From Clostridia bacterium (lineage in GTDB: Bacteria > Bacillota > Clostridia > Oscillospirales > CAG-272), in contig JAFTKM010000008.1 in the NCBI GenBank assembly GCA_017453245.1, positions 19,017 to 83,016 of the forward strand: 64,000 nucleotides of DNA. The letters are read 5' to 3'. The translations under genes and the position numbers were made by a program. This document shows positions 1 through 9,351 of this stretch, one piece after another (the first letter of the stretch is position 1; every line of letters begins with the position of its first letter). The notes beneath the pieces were generated by a model. The model was not told the origin of the DNA and searched no databases. It was given only the letters and a program-made list of their open reading frames with translations.

Positions 1-831
1 CATAAGAGCGCGCACCTTAGCGGCGGTAATAAGCGCCTGAGCGGCACGGGGAGACGCGCCGTACTTGATGTACTTGGATGCGGTCGCGGACGCGCCGTCG
101 AGCTCGGGGTGAGTCGCGGAAACGAGATTTACTGCATACTCAAGCACGTCATCGATAACGGGAACACCGGATGCGAGCTGACGCATACCGAGTATGGTCT
201 CGCCGTCCATAACCGTCTCTGCGGTCTCAAGCATAGTAGCCTGAGTCATGGTAACTATATTCTTGAGCTCCTCGGTGCCGGGGAACTTCATAATAAGCTT
301 GAACATAAATCTGTCCATCTGAGCCTCGGGAAGCGGATAGGTACCGTCCTGCTCGATGGGGTTCTCGGTCGCCATTACAAAGAAGGGCTCGGCGATCGCG
401 TGAGTAGCTCTGCCGATGGTAACCTTGTGCTCCTGCATTACCTCAAGCATTGCGGACTGAGTCTTGGGAGTAGCTCTGTTGATCTCGTCTGCAAGAACGA
501 GGTTTGCAAAGATGGGGCCTCTGCGGAATACGGTACGCATATTGCCGTCCTTGTCCTTCTGAATGATGTTGGTACCCGTAACGTCGGAGGGCATAAGGTC
601 GGGGGTAAACTGAATTCTCGAGAAAGGAAGGCCAAGGGTACGGCTGAGAGAACGGACAAGTCTGGTCTTACCTACGCCGGGTACGCCCTCAAGAAGCACG
701 TTTCCGCCCGAGATAATGGCGATGATAATATTCTCGATAACCTCCTCGTTACCGACGACGTCCTTTGCGAGCTCTGCCTTAATACTCGCAATTCTGGCGC
801 TGAAGCTTTTTGCATTTTCCATATTTTCCAT
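1..831 (-). CDS. MoxR-like AAA+ ATPase, first 277 codons; the 3' end runs off the window
   Basis: My own minus-strand translation from the ATG at 831 gives MENMENAKSFSARIASIKAELAKDVVGNEEVIENIIIAIISGGNVLLEGVPGVGKT (Walker A), then VLADEINRATPKTQSAMLEVMQE (Walker B/sensor), then FFVMATENPIEQDGTYPLPEAQMDRF. It is absent from the ORF track because the frame is open at the window edge. The + ORF 109..849 is its antisense shadow. Confidence 0.85.
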   Translation of the reverse strand, partial: MENMENAKSFSARIASIKAELAKDVVGNEEVIENIIIAIISGGNVLLEGVPGVGKTRLVRSLSRTLGLPFSRIQFTPDLMPSDVTGTNIIQKDKDGNMRTVFRRGPIFANLVLADEINRATPKTQSAMLEVMQEHKVTIGRATHAIAEPFFVMATENPIEQDGTYPLPEAQMDRFMFKLIMKFPGTEELKNIVTMTQATMLETAETVMDGETILGMRQLASGVPVIDDVLEYAVNLVSATHPELDGASATASKYIKYGASPRAAQALITAAKVRALM

Positions 832-850
832 TTATATATCCTCACTTAAA

Positions 851-2254
851 TTAATCGTTTTTGGGCGCGCCGTCGAAGAGGGAGCCGAAATACTCCTCTG
901 CCGCGTCGGAGAGCTCTTCCGAGGCCTTGCCGTCGGTTATCTTTTCATTTGCCTTGGCAAAATAATCGCCGAGAATCTCGCCAAGAGGTCTGTGTGTATT
1001 AGTATCGGGATCAAAGACAAGGTCGTTGCTGCCGTAGATGACGTCACCCGTGCCAAGACCTCCCGAGCCTATGTTTTTATCGGGCTCTTCGCCTCCGGGC
1101 GGTACGGGCGGAGGCGGAGTTTCGGGATCGCGAAGATCGATATCGGTGTCGGGGTCGACAGCGGTAAGGTCGTCCTCGGTGATGCCGAAGAGATTGCAAA
1201 GCTTGTTAATAACTATCCTCATCGTGGATCTGTTGACGTTCTGTACGATGACCTCTGCGTTAAGAGCGGTTGCAGCCTTTGAAAACTCGTCCTCAATATC
1301 CGAGCCTTCTCTGATAGCCGCAGTCAGCCCCTTAAAGAGAAGGTAAAGAGTGTCGCCCGAGTGAACTCCCGAGGCGGCGAGATAGGAATCGATTTCATCA
1401 GCGGTGAAGTCACGGTCATCCGCGCCCGAAGCCGCAACAGACTCGCCAAGAGCGACAAGAGCGTTCTTGGAGCCCGAGCCCGCAAGCTCGCCAAGAGCCT
1501 TTGCAAGCTCCTTTACGGCGTCATCCGAGCTCTCAAGGAATACGACCGACAAGGACTCTGCGGAGTTTGCCTCGACGAGAGCGGCATTAATGCCGAGAAC
1601 CGTGGAGATGGCCTTGGTCTTCATCTCGGAGAGATAATCCGACGACTTGACAAAATCGAGCAAGGAGTTAAGCTCGGTGAGGACCTTTCCTCTCAAGCTA
1701 TCGTTTATGTATGCGCCCTCAACGGTGGTGATCAGCTCGCCGATGGCGGTGATTATCCACTGCTTGTCAAACTCGTCGATAACCGACTCGCCTCCGTCCG
1801 CCTTGGCAGGGACGATGAGCGCGCCGACGATGCATCCAACGGAAATGCAGAAGACAAGAAGTCCTGCGACAAGCTGACGCGCCTTAAGGGATTTTATCGG
1901 CTTTTCACCAAGGCGCTGATCGGCATCCTCGCGCTGAAGACGGGCAAATCCGCCCTCGTCGTCGCGGAGCTCGACCATTGTGCTGACCTTCTCGTCAAGA
2001 CCGTAGAGCGAGTCAAGACGCCTTGCAAGCCGCTTGTCCGACGGCATGAATATGAGATAGAGAACCAGAGAAAGCGCCGCCGCAAATACTGCCGCAAGCA
2101 CGTAAAAGATCGGCTTTACCGCATTGCCGCCAAGCTTACCCGCAAGTATGACTGCGGCAAGGCTGACGACCGATACGCCGACGCCCAGAAGCGCGGATAC
2201 GGCGATTGCCTGCGCTCTGACTCTCCTTTTGAATTTGTTAAAGCTTTTGCTCAT
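851..2254 (-). CDS. Hypothetical membrane protein (467 aa) with N-terminal TM helices and a Pro/Gly-rich C-terminal segment; lies 19 nt upstream of the MoxR gene
   Basis: Long ORF with hydrophobic stretches (AIAVSALLGVGVSVVSLAAVILAG, IFYVLAAVFAAALSLVLYLIF, LVAGLLVFCISVGCIVGALIV) and ETPPPPVPPGGEEP near the C-terminus. I recognise no family. Confidence 0.6.
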   Translation of the reverse strand: MSKSFNKFKRRVRAQAIAVSALLGVGVSVVSLAAVILAGKLGGNAVKPIFYVLAAVFAAALSLVLYLIFMPSDKRLARRLDSLYGLDEKVSTMVELRDDEGGFARLQREDADQRLGEKPIKSLKARQLVAGLLVFCISVGCIVGALIVPAKADGGESVIDEFDKQWIITAIGELITTVEGAYINDSLRGKVLTELNSLLDFVKSSDYLSEMKTKAISTVLGINAALVEANSAESLSVVFLESSDDAVKELAKALGELAGSGSKNALVALGESVAASGADDRDFTADEIDSYLAASGVHSGDTLYLLFKGLTAAIREGSDIEDEFSKAATALNAEVIVQNVNRSTMRIVINKLCNLFGITEDDLTAVDPDTDIDLRDPETPPPPVPPGGEEPDKNIGSGGLGTGDVIYGSNDLVFDPDTNTHRPLGEILGDYFAKANEKITDGKASEELSDAAEEYFGSLFDGAPKND

Positions 2255-2438
2255 TTATACCTCTCGAAAAATATATACAATAAAAATAATTCACACCCAA
2301 TTTTATCATACGGTCTTTGCTTTGTCAAGTAAATTAAAGCCGTTTCCGATGGTGGGTGTGAATTTTTAGACATTCTGTATTATTTTGTCAATTTGGTGTT
2401 TTTGTTTTTGTTGATGATGACAAGCCTTTTTTGGACAC

Positions 2439-2996
2439 TTAAAGCTCGGCGGACAACACGCTCTTAAGATTCTCTGCGGCTATATCCGCGCTCTCGTATC
2501 CGCCGTCGACAAGAATGACAGCGCCATAGATGACCGAAAGGAGCTTAAAGGACAGCTTTGCCTTATCGGATATGCCGCTTTTTTCGGCATAGCGCTCAAC
2601 AGCGGAGATTATCGGCCTGTCGAATTCCTCGAGGGGGCCCATCTTGCCCTTAGCAAGCGTGGCGGAGGCGGAAATAACAGTGCGGAAATTGCCGTTGGCT
2701 ATCCAGAAACGGAGTCCCGCTACCGCAAGCTCGGTGAGGAGCGCCTTGGGGTCGGATGCGAATATCTCGGTAATCTGTCGGGATAAAAGCGTCCAGCCCT
2801 CAATCACAAATTGCATAACAGAGGTTATAAGCTCGTCCTTGTCCTTGAAGTGGCGATAGGGAGCGGCGCAGGAAACTCCTGCGTCCTGAGCAACGCGGCG
2901 GAGTGAAAAATCGCTGACGCCGTGTGTCTCGAGCTCCTTGAGGCCGGAAAAGAGCAATCTTGATCTCACGTTATCGGGGGTAAAGTTTTCTTCCAT
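2439..2996 (-). CDS. TetR/AcrR-family transcriptional regulator
   Basis: N-terminal HTH signature FSLRRVAQDAGVSCAAPYRHFKDKDELI. The 185-aa size is typical. Divergent from the aromatic amino-acid operon. Confidence 0.85.
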   Translation of the reverse strand: MEENFTPDNVRSRLLFSGLKELETHGVSDFSLRRVAQDAGVSCAAPYRHFKDKDELITSVMQFVIEGWTLLSRQITEIFASDPKALLTELAVAGLRFWIANGNFRTVISASATLAKGKMGPLEEFDRPIISAVERYAEKSGISDKAKLSFKLLSVIYGAVILVDGGYESADIAAENLKSVLSAEL

Positions 2997-3013
2997 AATA
3001 TATAATCCCTTTA

Positions 3014-3028
3014 GTTAACAGTATTAAC
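3014..3028. promoter_or_regulatory. Candidate operator O1 (GTTAACAGTATTAAC), immediately downstream of the tetR -10
   Basis: The 18-nt AGTTAACAGTATTAACAT here is near-identical to AGTTAACAATGTTAACAT at 3125-3142. The motif is built on the GTTAAC palindrome. Confidence 0.4.
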
Positions 3029-3034
3029 ATCTAC

Positions 3035-3063
3035 ATTCTAGCACGTTTTTTCATATATTTCAA
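3035..3063 (-). promoter_or_regulatory. Candidate sigma-A promoter of the TetR gene
   Basis: On the minus strand: TTGAAA (3058-3063), 17-nt spacer, TGcTAGAAT (-10 at 3035-3040, extended TGn). Confidence 0.45.
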
Positions 3064-3082
3064 GTGCTTTTTACAAAAAGAC

Positions 3083-3110
3083 TTGACTTTTTCCCTATTT
3101 CGTGTATAAT
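3083..3110 (+). promoter_or_regulatory. Candidate sigma-A promoter of the aromatic amino-acid operon
   Basis: TTGACT (3083-3088), 16-nt spacer, TATAAT (3105-3110). A second TATAAT lies at 3115-3120. Confidence 0.5.
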
Positions 3111-3125
3111 ATGTGTATAATCCAA

Positions 3126-3140
3126 GTTAACAATGTTAAC
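3126..3140. promoter_or_regulatory. Candidate operator O2 (GTTAACAATGTTAAC), between the operon -10 and the RBS
   Basis: Two GTTAAC palindromes spaced by 3 nt. This is the paralogue of O1 at 3014-3028. Confidence 0.4.
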
Positions 3141-3154
3141 ATTACGGAGGAATT

Positions 3155-4351
3155 ATGATCAACGACAAGATGTACGCGCTCGGTTCTCAGCGCTCCGAGA
3201 TACGCGAGCTTTTTGAATACGGAAAAAAAAGAAAGGCCGAGATAGGCGAGGAGAACGTATTTGACTTCTCGCTCGGTAACCCGAGTGTCCCCTGCCCCGA
3301 GGAGGTTAACGAGGCAATCGTCTCCCTCGTCAGGAGCGGCAACTCTGTGAGCCTGCACGGCTACACGTCAGCGCAGGGCGATAAGGGTGTGCGCGATGCT
3401 ATCGCCTCGCATATTTCACGGGCTCACGGCTTTGAGGTATCCGGTGACGATCTGTATCTCACGGTTGGCGCGGCGGCGGCTCTTACCTGCTCCCTGACTG
3501 CAACGGTATGCCCCGGCGAGGAGGTCATTCTCCTGGCTCCGTATTTCCCCGAATATAAGGTTTTCGTCGAGAGGACGGGAGCGAGCGTCAAGGTAGTCAA
3601 ATGCACGGAAGGAAGCTTCGAGCCTGACGTTGATGCTATCAGGTCGGCTATCACCGAGAGGACTGCGGCGATCATAGTTAACTCACCGAACAACCCCACC
3701 GGCGCGGTATACTCCGAGAGTAGCATCAAGGCTATCGTAGAGGTCTTGAATGAGAAATCACGCGAGTACGGAAGGGACATATATCTCATAGCGGACGAGC
3801 CGTACAGAGAGCTTGTCTACGACGGTGTGTACGTGCCGTTTATTCCTAAGTATTACGATAATACTATCGTCTGCTATTCGTACAGTAAATCGCTCTCTCT
3901 CCCGGGCGAGAGAATAGGCTATTGCCTTGTCAGCCCGAGAGCACATGAGCACCTGAGGGTATACCTTGCGATATGCGGAGCGGGACGCGCGCTCGGTTAC
4001 GTTTGCGCACCGTCACTTCTGCAAAAAGCGATACCTTACTGCATAGGACTTTACTCAGATTTGAGCGTTTATGATAAAAATAGACAACTTTTGTTGACAA
4101 ATCTTACCGAATACGGTTTTGAAGTGGTAAAGCCGCAAGGAGCGTTCTATTTATTTATCAAGGCTCCGGATGGCAATTCGAAGGCTTTCTCCGAGGAGGC
4201 TAAGAAGCATGAGCTACTTATAGTCGCGAGCGACAGCTTCGGCTACTCGGGATACGCCAGAATATCCTACTGCGTAAAAACCGAACAGATAGAAAAGGCC
4301 CTCCCCGCCTTCCGCGCTTTGGCGGAGCGCTTAGGGCTTTGCGGAGAATAA
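3155..4351 (+). CDS. PLP-dependent class I/II aminotransferase (aspartate/aromatic type)
   Basis: 398 aa. Motifs NPSVPCP, NSPNNPTG and YSYSKSLSLPGERIGY (PLP-lysine motif). GGAGG RBS. First gene of the aromatic cluster. Confidence 0.85.
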   Translation: MINDKMYALGSQRSEIRELFEYGKKRKAEIGEENVFDFSLGNPSVPCPEEVNEAIVSLVRSGNSVSLHGYTSAQGDKGVRDAIASHISRAHGFEVSGDDLYLTVGAAAALTCSLTATVCPGEEVILLAPYFPEYKVFVERTGASVKVVKCTEGSFEPDVDAIRSAITERTAAIIVNSPNNPTGAVYSESSIKAIVEVLNEKSREYGRDIYLIADEPYRELVYDGVYVPFIPKYYDNTIVCYSYSKSLSLPGERIGYCLVSPRAHEHLRVYLAICGAGRALGYVCAPSLLQKAIPYCIGLYSDLSVYDKNRQLLLTNLTEYGFEVVKPQGAFYLFIKAPDGNSKAFSEEAKKHELLIVASDSFGYSGYARISYCVKTEQIEKALPAFRALAERLGLCGE

Positions 4352-4354
4352 ATA

Positions 4355-5443
4355 ATGAAGAATAAGCTGACAGTTGCAAGAGAAAAAATCAATGAGATAG
4401 ACCGCGAGATGGCAAAGCTCTTTGTCGAGAGGCTTAAGGCATCCGAGCTCGTTGCGGAATACAAGCAGGAGCACGGTCTTGAAATACTCGACCCGATAAG
4501 AGAGGCGGAGGTAATAAGACGCAATTCCGAGGCGGTCGAAAACGATGTTTACAGAGAATATTACGTCAACTTCCAGAAGAATACGATGTCACTCTCGAGA
4601 GCGTATCAGGCAAGACTCCTTGGGGGAATGAAGGTAGCTTACTCAGGTACTGAGGGAGCGTATGCGCACCTCGCCGCAAAGAAGCTCTTCCCTACCTCTG
4701 AGGCAATAGGATACGGCAGCTTTGACGAAGCGTATGCCGCTGTGGAAACGGGTGAATGTGACGTCGCCGTCCTCCCTATTGAAAACAGCTATAACGGAGA
4801 CGTAGGACAGGTGAGCGACCTGATGTTCTCGGGCCCCTTGTACGTCAATACCGTGACAGAGCTGGCAATATCTCACGACCTACTCGCGCCTCGTGGTACA
4901 AAGATCGAGGATATCAAAACGGTCATCAGCCATCCTCAGGCTCTCGGACAATGTCACGGCTACATCGTCGGGCACGGATACTCGGAGATGGAGTTTGCGA
5001 ATACCGCTCTCGCGGCAAAATACGTTTCGGAATGCACAGACGGAAAGACGGCGGCGATAGCGAGCGCGGAGGCGGCAGAGATATTCGGCCTTGAGGTGCT
5101 AGCGACAAATATAAACGAGTCGAGAAGCAATACCACGAGATTTGCGGTATTCTCGCGCTCGGAAAACAAGAATTCCATCACCGATAAGAGAGTGCATACG
5201 ATACTTCTCTTCACCGTGCGCCACGAGGCGGGAGCGCTTGCTAAGGCGCTTGAAGTTATCGCAAAATACGGCTTCAATATGGGCGCGCTTCGCTCACGTC
5301 CGATGAAGGAGCTGCTCTGGCAGTATTACTTCTACGTTGAAGCGGAGGGTAACCTGGACAGCGAGGACGGAAGAAAAATGATGGAGGAGCTCAAGGCTTA
5401 CTGTGACAGACTCAAGACCGTAGGCTCGTATACTGTAATCTGA
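4355..5443 (+). CDS. pheA: Bifunctional chorismate mutase / prephenate dehydratase
   Basis: N-terminal CM_2-like helix (REKINEIDREMAKLFVERLKASELVAEYK). PDT domain (VAYSGTEGAYAH, IENSYNGDV) and a C-terminal ACT-like region (TRFAVF...TILLF). Confidence 0.85.
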   Translation: MKNKLTVAREKINEIDREMAKLFVERLKASELVAEYKQEHGLEILDPIREAEVIRRNSEAVENDVYREYYVNFQKNTMSLSRAYQARLLGGMKVAYSGTEGAYAHLAAKKLFPTSEAIGYGSFDEAYAAVETGECDVAVLPIENSYNGDVGQVSDLMFSGPLYVNTVTELAISHDLLAPRGTKIEDIKTVISHPQALGQCHGYIVGHGYSEMEFANTALAAKYVSECTDGKTAAIASAEAAEIFGLEVLATNINESRSNTTRFAVFSRSENKNSITDKRVHTILLFTVRHEAGALAKALEVIAKYGFNMGALRSRPMKELLWQYYFYVEAEGNLDSEDGRKMMEELKAYCDRLKTVGSYTVI

Positions 5444-5458
5444 TAAACGGAGTTAATA

Positions 5459-6481
5459 ATGACAGTTTTGAATATGAATCTCGGGGAGAATTCCTACCCT
5501 ATCACAGTAGGCCAAGGACTCCTCGATAGATGTAACGAATACTTCGATCTTAACCGAAAGGTATTTATAATAACCGACGATGGCGTTCCGAATAAATATG
5601 CAAATACAGTTGCGAATTTATGCAAGGAGGCTACCGTCTATACCGTAAAGCAGGGTGAAGGCTCGAAGAGCATCGGCACGCTCGAGGGCGTGCTTGTAGC
5701 TATGGCAAATGCTGAGCTCGGACGCTCGGACTGTGTGGTTGCGATTGGCGGAGGCGTTGTCGGAGACCTTTCCGGATTTGCGGCATCGGTATATATGCGC
5801 GGCATAGATTTCTACAACGTACCAACCACCCTTCTCTCCCAGGTCGACTCGTCGATAGGAGGAAAGACCGCGGTAAATCTCGGCGGTATCAAGAATATCG
5901 TAGGCGCTTTCAAGCAACCGAAGGCGGTGCTTATCGACACAGACGTGCTTGACACTCTGCCGAAAAGACATATGGCAAACGGTCTATGCGAGGCAATCAA
6001 AATGGCGGCGACAAGCAATGCCGCGCTCTTTGGAAAACTCGAGACCTTGAATGAAAGCGACATATATAATAACATAGAAGAGATCATTGTCGAAGCACTC
6101 AAGATCAAGAAGACAGTAGTGGAAGAGGACGAGAAGGAATCAGGTCTTAGAAAAATACTCAACTTCGGTCACACTCTCGGTCACGGAATAGAAGCAAACG
6201 AGGACCTCGGCAACCTGTATCACGGAGAGTGCGTAGCTCTCGGTATGCTGCCAGTGACCTTCGGCGAGGCAAAGGAAAGACTCGCAAGACTCCTCAAAAA
6301 GGTGTCCTTACCGACCGAATACTCTGGAGATATAGGCGCCGCGCTCAGCTTTGTTTCGCACGATAAAAAGTGCGCCTCGGGCAAGGTTTCGGTCATACTC
6401 TGCGAGAAGATCGGAGAGTGTAAGATCGAGTCAATGAGCATCGACGAGTTCTCTAAATTAGTTCTTAACCATTATAATTGA
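5459..6481 (+). CDS. aroB: 3-dehydroquinate synthase
   Basis: 340 aa. Motifs GGGVVGDLSGFAAS, PTTLLSQVDSSIGGKTAVN and NFGHTLGHGIE. Confidence 0.9.
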   Translation: MTVLNMNLGENSYPITVGQGLLDRCNEYFDLNRKVFIITDDGVPNKYANTVANLCKEATVYTVKQGEGSKSIGTLEGVLVAMANAELGRSDCVVAIGGGVVGDLSGFAASVYMRGIDFYNVPTTLLSQVDSSIGGKTAVNLGGIKNIVGAFKQPKAVLIDTDVLDTLPKRHMANGLCEAIKMAATSNAALFGKLETLNESDIYNNIEEIIVEALKIKKTVVEEDEKESGLRKILNFGHTLGHGIEANEDLGNLYHGECVALGMLPVTFGEAKERLARLLKKVSLPTEYSGDIGAALSFVSHDKKCASGKVSVILCEKIGECKIESMSIDEFSKLVLNHYN

Positions 6482-6518
6482 CAACAATTATTTGCAAATA
6501 CCCCTTATAGGAGTAGAT

Positions 6519-7610
6519 ATGAAAAATACATTCGGAAACAATATATCCGTAACATTATTCGGCGAGAGCCACGGCGAGATGATTGGCGCGGTTCTCGACG
6601 GTCTTTGCGCAGGTGTGAAGATCGACTACGATCTTATAAAGAAGGAAATGGATAAAAGACGCCCCTCGGGCAAAATATCCACCCAAAGACGCGAGGCGGA
6701 CGAGGTAAGGATTGTCAGCGGTGTGATGAACGGTTACTCAACGGGTACACCCATCACCGTCCTTATAGAAAATACAAACACCAAGAGCAAGGATTACTCT
6801 CTGCTTAAGGACACACCCAGGCCCTCGCACGCAGACTATACCGCAGAGATTAAGTATCACGGCTTCCAGGACTACCGAGGCGGCGGACACTTCTCGGGAA
6901 GACTTACGGCACCCTTGGTCGCAGTCGGCGCTATCCTCACGTCTGCCCTTGCGGATAAGGGAATATATATCGGCACTCATATAAAGACTCTGCACGGAAT
7001 TTGTGACAGAGATTTCTCCTCTCTTAAAGATGACGTTGCACTTCTCTCGGACAAGCTCTTCCCCGTGCTTAATAACGAGTGTGAGAAGGCTATGACGGAG
7101 GAGATACTCAGGGCGAAGGAGATGGGAGACAGTGTTGGAGGCATTCTCGAATCAGCCGTTATCGGTCTTGACGCAGGCGTAGGCGAGCCGTGGTTTGATT
7201 CGCTCGAGAGCACACTCTCACACGCGCTCTTCTCTATCCCCGGTATTAAGGGTGTGGAGTTTGGTCTCGGCTTCGGCTTTGCCGACAAGTATGGCAGCGA
7301 GGCTAACGATCCCTTCGTGATCACGAACGAAAAAATATGCACAAAAACGAATAATAACGGCGGTATCAACGGAGGTATCTCCAACGGTATGCCGATCATT
7401 TTCAGAGTGGCGGTAAGACCTACTCCATCTATATTCAGGGAGCAACAGACCGTCAGCCTCTCAAAAATGGAAAATACAACGCTGAAGATAGACGGCAGAC
7501 ACGATCCCGCTATCATTCACAGAGCAAGAGCGGTAGTAGATGCTGTGACGGCGATCGCTATTGCCGACGCTGTGGCAACTGCTTTCGGCACCTCATATCT
7601 CGGAGGTTAA
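6519..7610 (+). CDS. aroC: Chorismate synthase
   Basis: MKNTFGNNISVTLFGESHGEMIGAVLDG, RPSHADYTA and GGGHFSGR. I prefer the ATG at 6519 (preceded by taggag) over the alternative start at 6492 in the ORF track. Confidence 0.9.
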   Translation: MKNTFGNNISVTLFGESHGEMIGAVLDGLCAGVKIDYDLIKKEMDKRRPSGKISTQRREADEVRIVSGVMNGYSTGTPITVLIENTNTKSKDYSLLKDTPRPSHADYTAEIKYHGFQDYRGGGHFSGRLTAPLVAVGAILTSALADKGIYIGTHIKTLHGICDRDFSSLKDDVALLSDKLFPVLNNECEKAMTEEILRAKEMGDSVGGILESAVIGLDAGVGEPWFDSLESTLSHALFSIPGIKGVEFGLGFGFADKYGSEANDPFVITNEKICTKTNNNGGINGGISNGMPIIFRVAVRPTPSIFREQQTVSLSKMENTTLKIDGRHDPAIIHRARAVVDAVTAIAIADAVATAFGTSYLGG

Positions 7611-7611
7611 G

Positions 7612-8850
7612 ATGAAATACGGTCTGATAGGAGAAAAGCTCGGACACAGCTTCTCAAAGGAAGTACATTCGATGCTCTCCGACTATGAATACGAAATACG
7701 CGAGATACCGAGAGATGAGCTCGACAGCTTTATGAGAGAGGCCGACTTTAAGGCTATCAACGTCACAATTCCCTACAAGGAAAGCGTTATTCCCTACCTC
7801 AGTTATATCAGCGAGGAGGCGAAGAAAATCGGTGCGGTAAACACGATAGTTAACCGCGGCGGCAAGCTCTACGGCTACAACACAGACTTCCTCGGAATGA
7901 CGGCAATGATCAATAAAATGAGACTTTCTCTTGCCGGAAAGAAAACTGTTATCCTCGGTACCGGTGGCACGTCAAAGACCGCCTTTGCCGTCGCGCAAAG
8001 CCTTGGTGCATCCCCGATCATTACCGTCAGCAGAACAAAAAGGGACGGTGTTATCGACTACGGCGAGCTTATAAAGGATCACCTTGATGCCGAGATAGTT
8101 ATTAATACCACACCGGTTGGAATGTATCCTGACAATTATTCATCGCCCCTTGATATAACCCCATTCAAAAATCTTGAGGGTGTGATCGACGCGATATACA
8201 ATCCGATCAGAACAACGCTCGTTATCGATGCGCTCGAGCGAGGTATCAAGGCAGAGGGCGGACTCTATATGCTTGTTGCTCAGGCAGTATACGCATCCGA
8301 GATATTCCTCGACGTCAAGTACCCCATAGAGAGGCTTGACAAGATCTATAAAAAGATCAAGAGAAAAAAGGAAAATATCGTACTTATCGGTATGCCCGCC
8401 TCGGGAAAATCGACCGTCTCGGCTCTGCTTGCAAATGACCTCTCAAGAAGGGTGCTTGATACCGATCAGATGATAATCGACGCAAGAGGTTTGAATATAC
8501 CCGAGATTTTCGCATCAGAGGGTGAGACAGCCTTCAGAGATTACGAAAGCACAGAAATTGCAAATGCAAGTTTACAAAACAATCTAATTATCGCAACGGG
8601 CGGCGGCGCGATACTGAGAAGAGAAAACGTCAGAATGCTGAAGCAGAACGGAGTTCTCTTCTTTATCGACAGACCGTATGAGAAGCTCGTACCTACCTCG
8701 GACAGGCCCTTGGCAAGTGACCTTGAGGCAATAAAAAAGAGATACGAGGAAAGATACGATATTTACGTAAGAGAGGCTGATTTTGTGATAGACGCGGACG
8801 ATCAGCCCGTAAACGTAGCAAAGAAAATCACCGGAGTGTTCTACAAATGA
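7612..8850 (+). CDS. aroE-aroK: Fused shikimate dehydrogenase (N-terminal) and shikimate kinase (C-terminal)
   Basis: N-terminus: YGLIGEKLGHSFSKEVH, NVTIPYKE, GAVNT, ILGTGGTSK. C-terminus: NIVLIGMPASGKSTVSALLA (Walker A), IIATGGG. ATG at 7612, 1 nt after the aroC stop and preceded by GGAGG. Confidence 0.85.
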   Translation: MKYGLIGEKLGHSFSKEVHSMLSDYEYEIREIPRDELDSFMREADFKAINVTIPYKESVIPYLSYISEEAKKIGAVNTIVNRGGKLYGYNTDFLGMTAMINKMRLSLAGKKTVILGTGGTSKTAFAVAQSLGASPIITVSRTKRDGVIDYGELIKDHLDAEIVINTTPVGMYPDNYSSPLDITPFKNLEGVIDAIYNPIRTTLVIDALERGIKAEGGLYMLVAQAVYASEIFLDVKYPIERLDKIYKKIKRKKENIVLIGMPASGKSTVSALLANDLSRRVLDTDQMIIDARGLNIPEIFASEGETAFRDYESTEIANASLQNNLIIATGGGAILRRENVRMLKQNGVLFFIDRPYEKLVPTSDRPLASDLEAIKKRYEERYDIYVREADFVIDADDQPVNVAKKITGVFYK

Positions 8851-9281
8851 AGAAGCTATATTACATAATCAACGGACCTAACTTAAATATGCTCGGCATA
8901 AGAGAGCCTGAGCACTACGGAAAAGAGAGCTACAAGGCACTCGTCAAAAGCGTAAAGGATACCGCAAAGGAGCTCGGTGTACGTATTAAGCTCTACCAGT
9001 CAAATCACGAGGGAGACCTTGTCGACAAGATTCAAGAGGCATACTTCAAGGGCGCCACGGGAATAGTCATAAATCCCGGAGCTTACACCCATACGAGCGT
9101 TGCTCTGCTTGACGCGGTAAAGTCAACAAGGCTCCCTACTGTCGAGGTGCATATCTCTAAGGTTGAGGAGCGCGAGGACTTCAGGCAGATAAGCTATATA
9201 AGTCTTGCCGCCGAGAAAAGAATTACCGGACGCGGAATTGCCGGCTACTCGGAAGCGCTCAGATATCTAGCTTCTAAATAA
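8847..9281 (+). CDS. aroQ: Type II 3-dehydroquinate dehydratase
   Basis: 144 aa. Motifs INGPNLNMLGIREPEHYG, QSNHEGDLVD, INPGAYTHTSVAL. Confidence 0.9.
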   Translation: MKKLYYIINGPNLNMLGIREPEHYGKESYKALVKSVKDTAKELGVRIKLYQSNHEGDLVDKIQEAYFKGATGIVINPGAYTHTSVALLDAVKSTRLPTVEVHISKVEEREDFRQISYISLAAEKRITGRGIAGYSEALRYLASK

Positions 9282-9351
9282 GCTTTTTGACTACTTTTAT
9301 TTTCAATATAGGCTTTATATACCTCACCAAGAACACTAAAAGGAAAACATA

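Noticed and set aside
109-849. 246-aa plus-strand ORF at the left edge
   Set aside because: The opposite strand encodes an unmistakable MoxR AAA+ ATPase (Walker A GVPGVGKT, Walker B DEINRA). The plus ORF is an antisense shadow with no recognisable motif.
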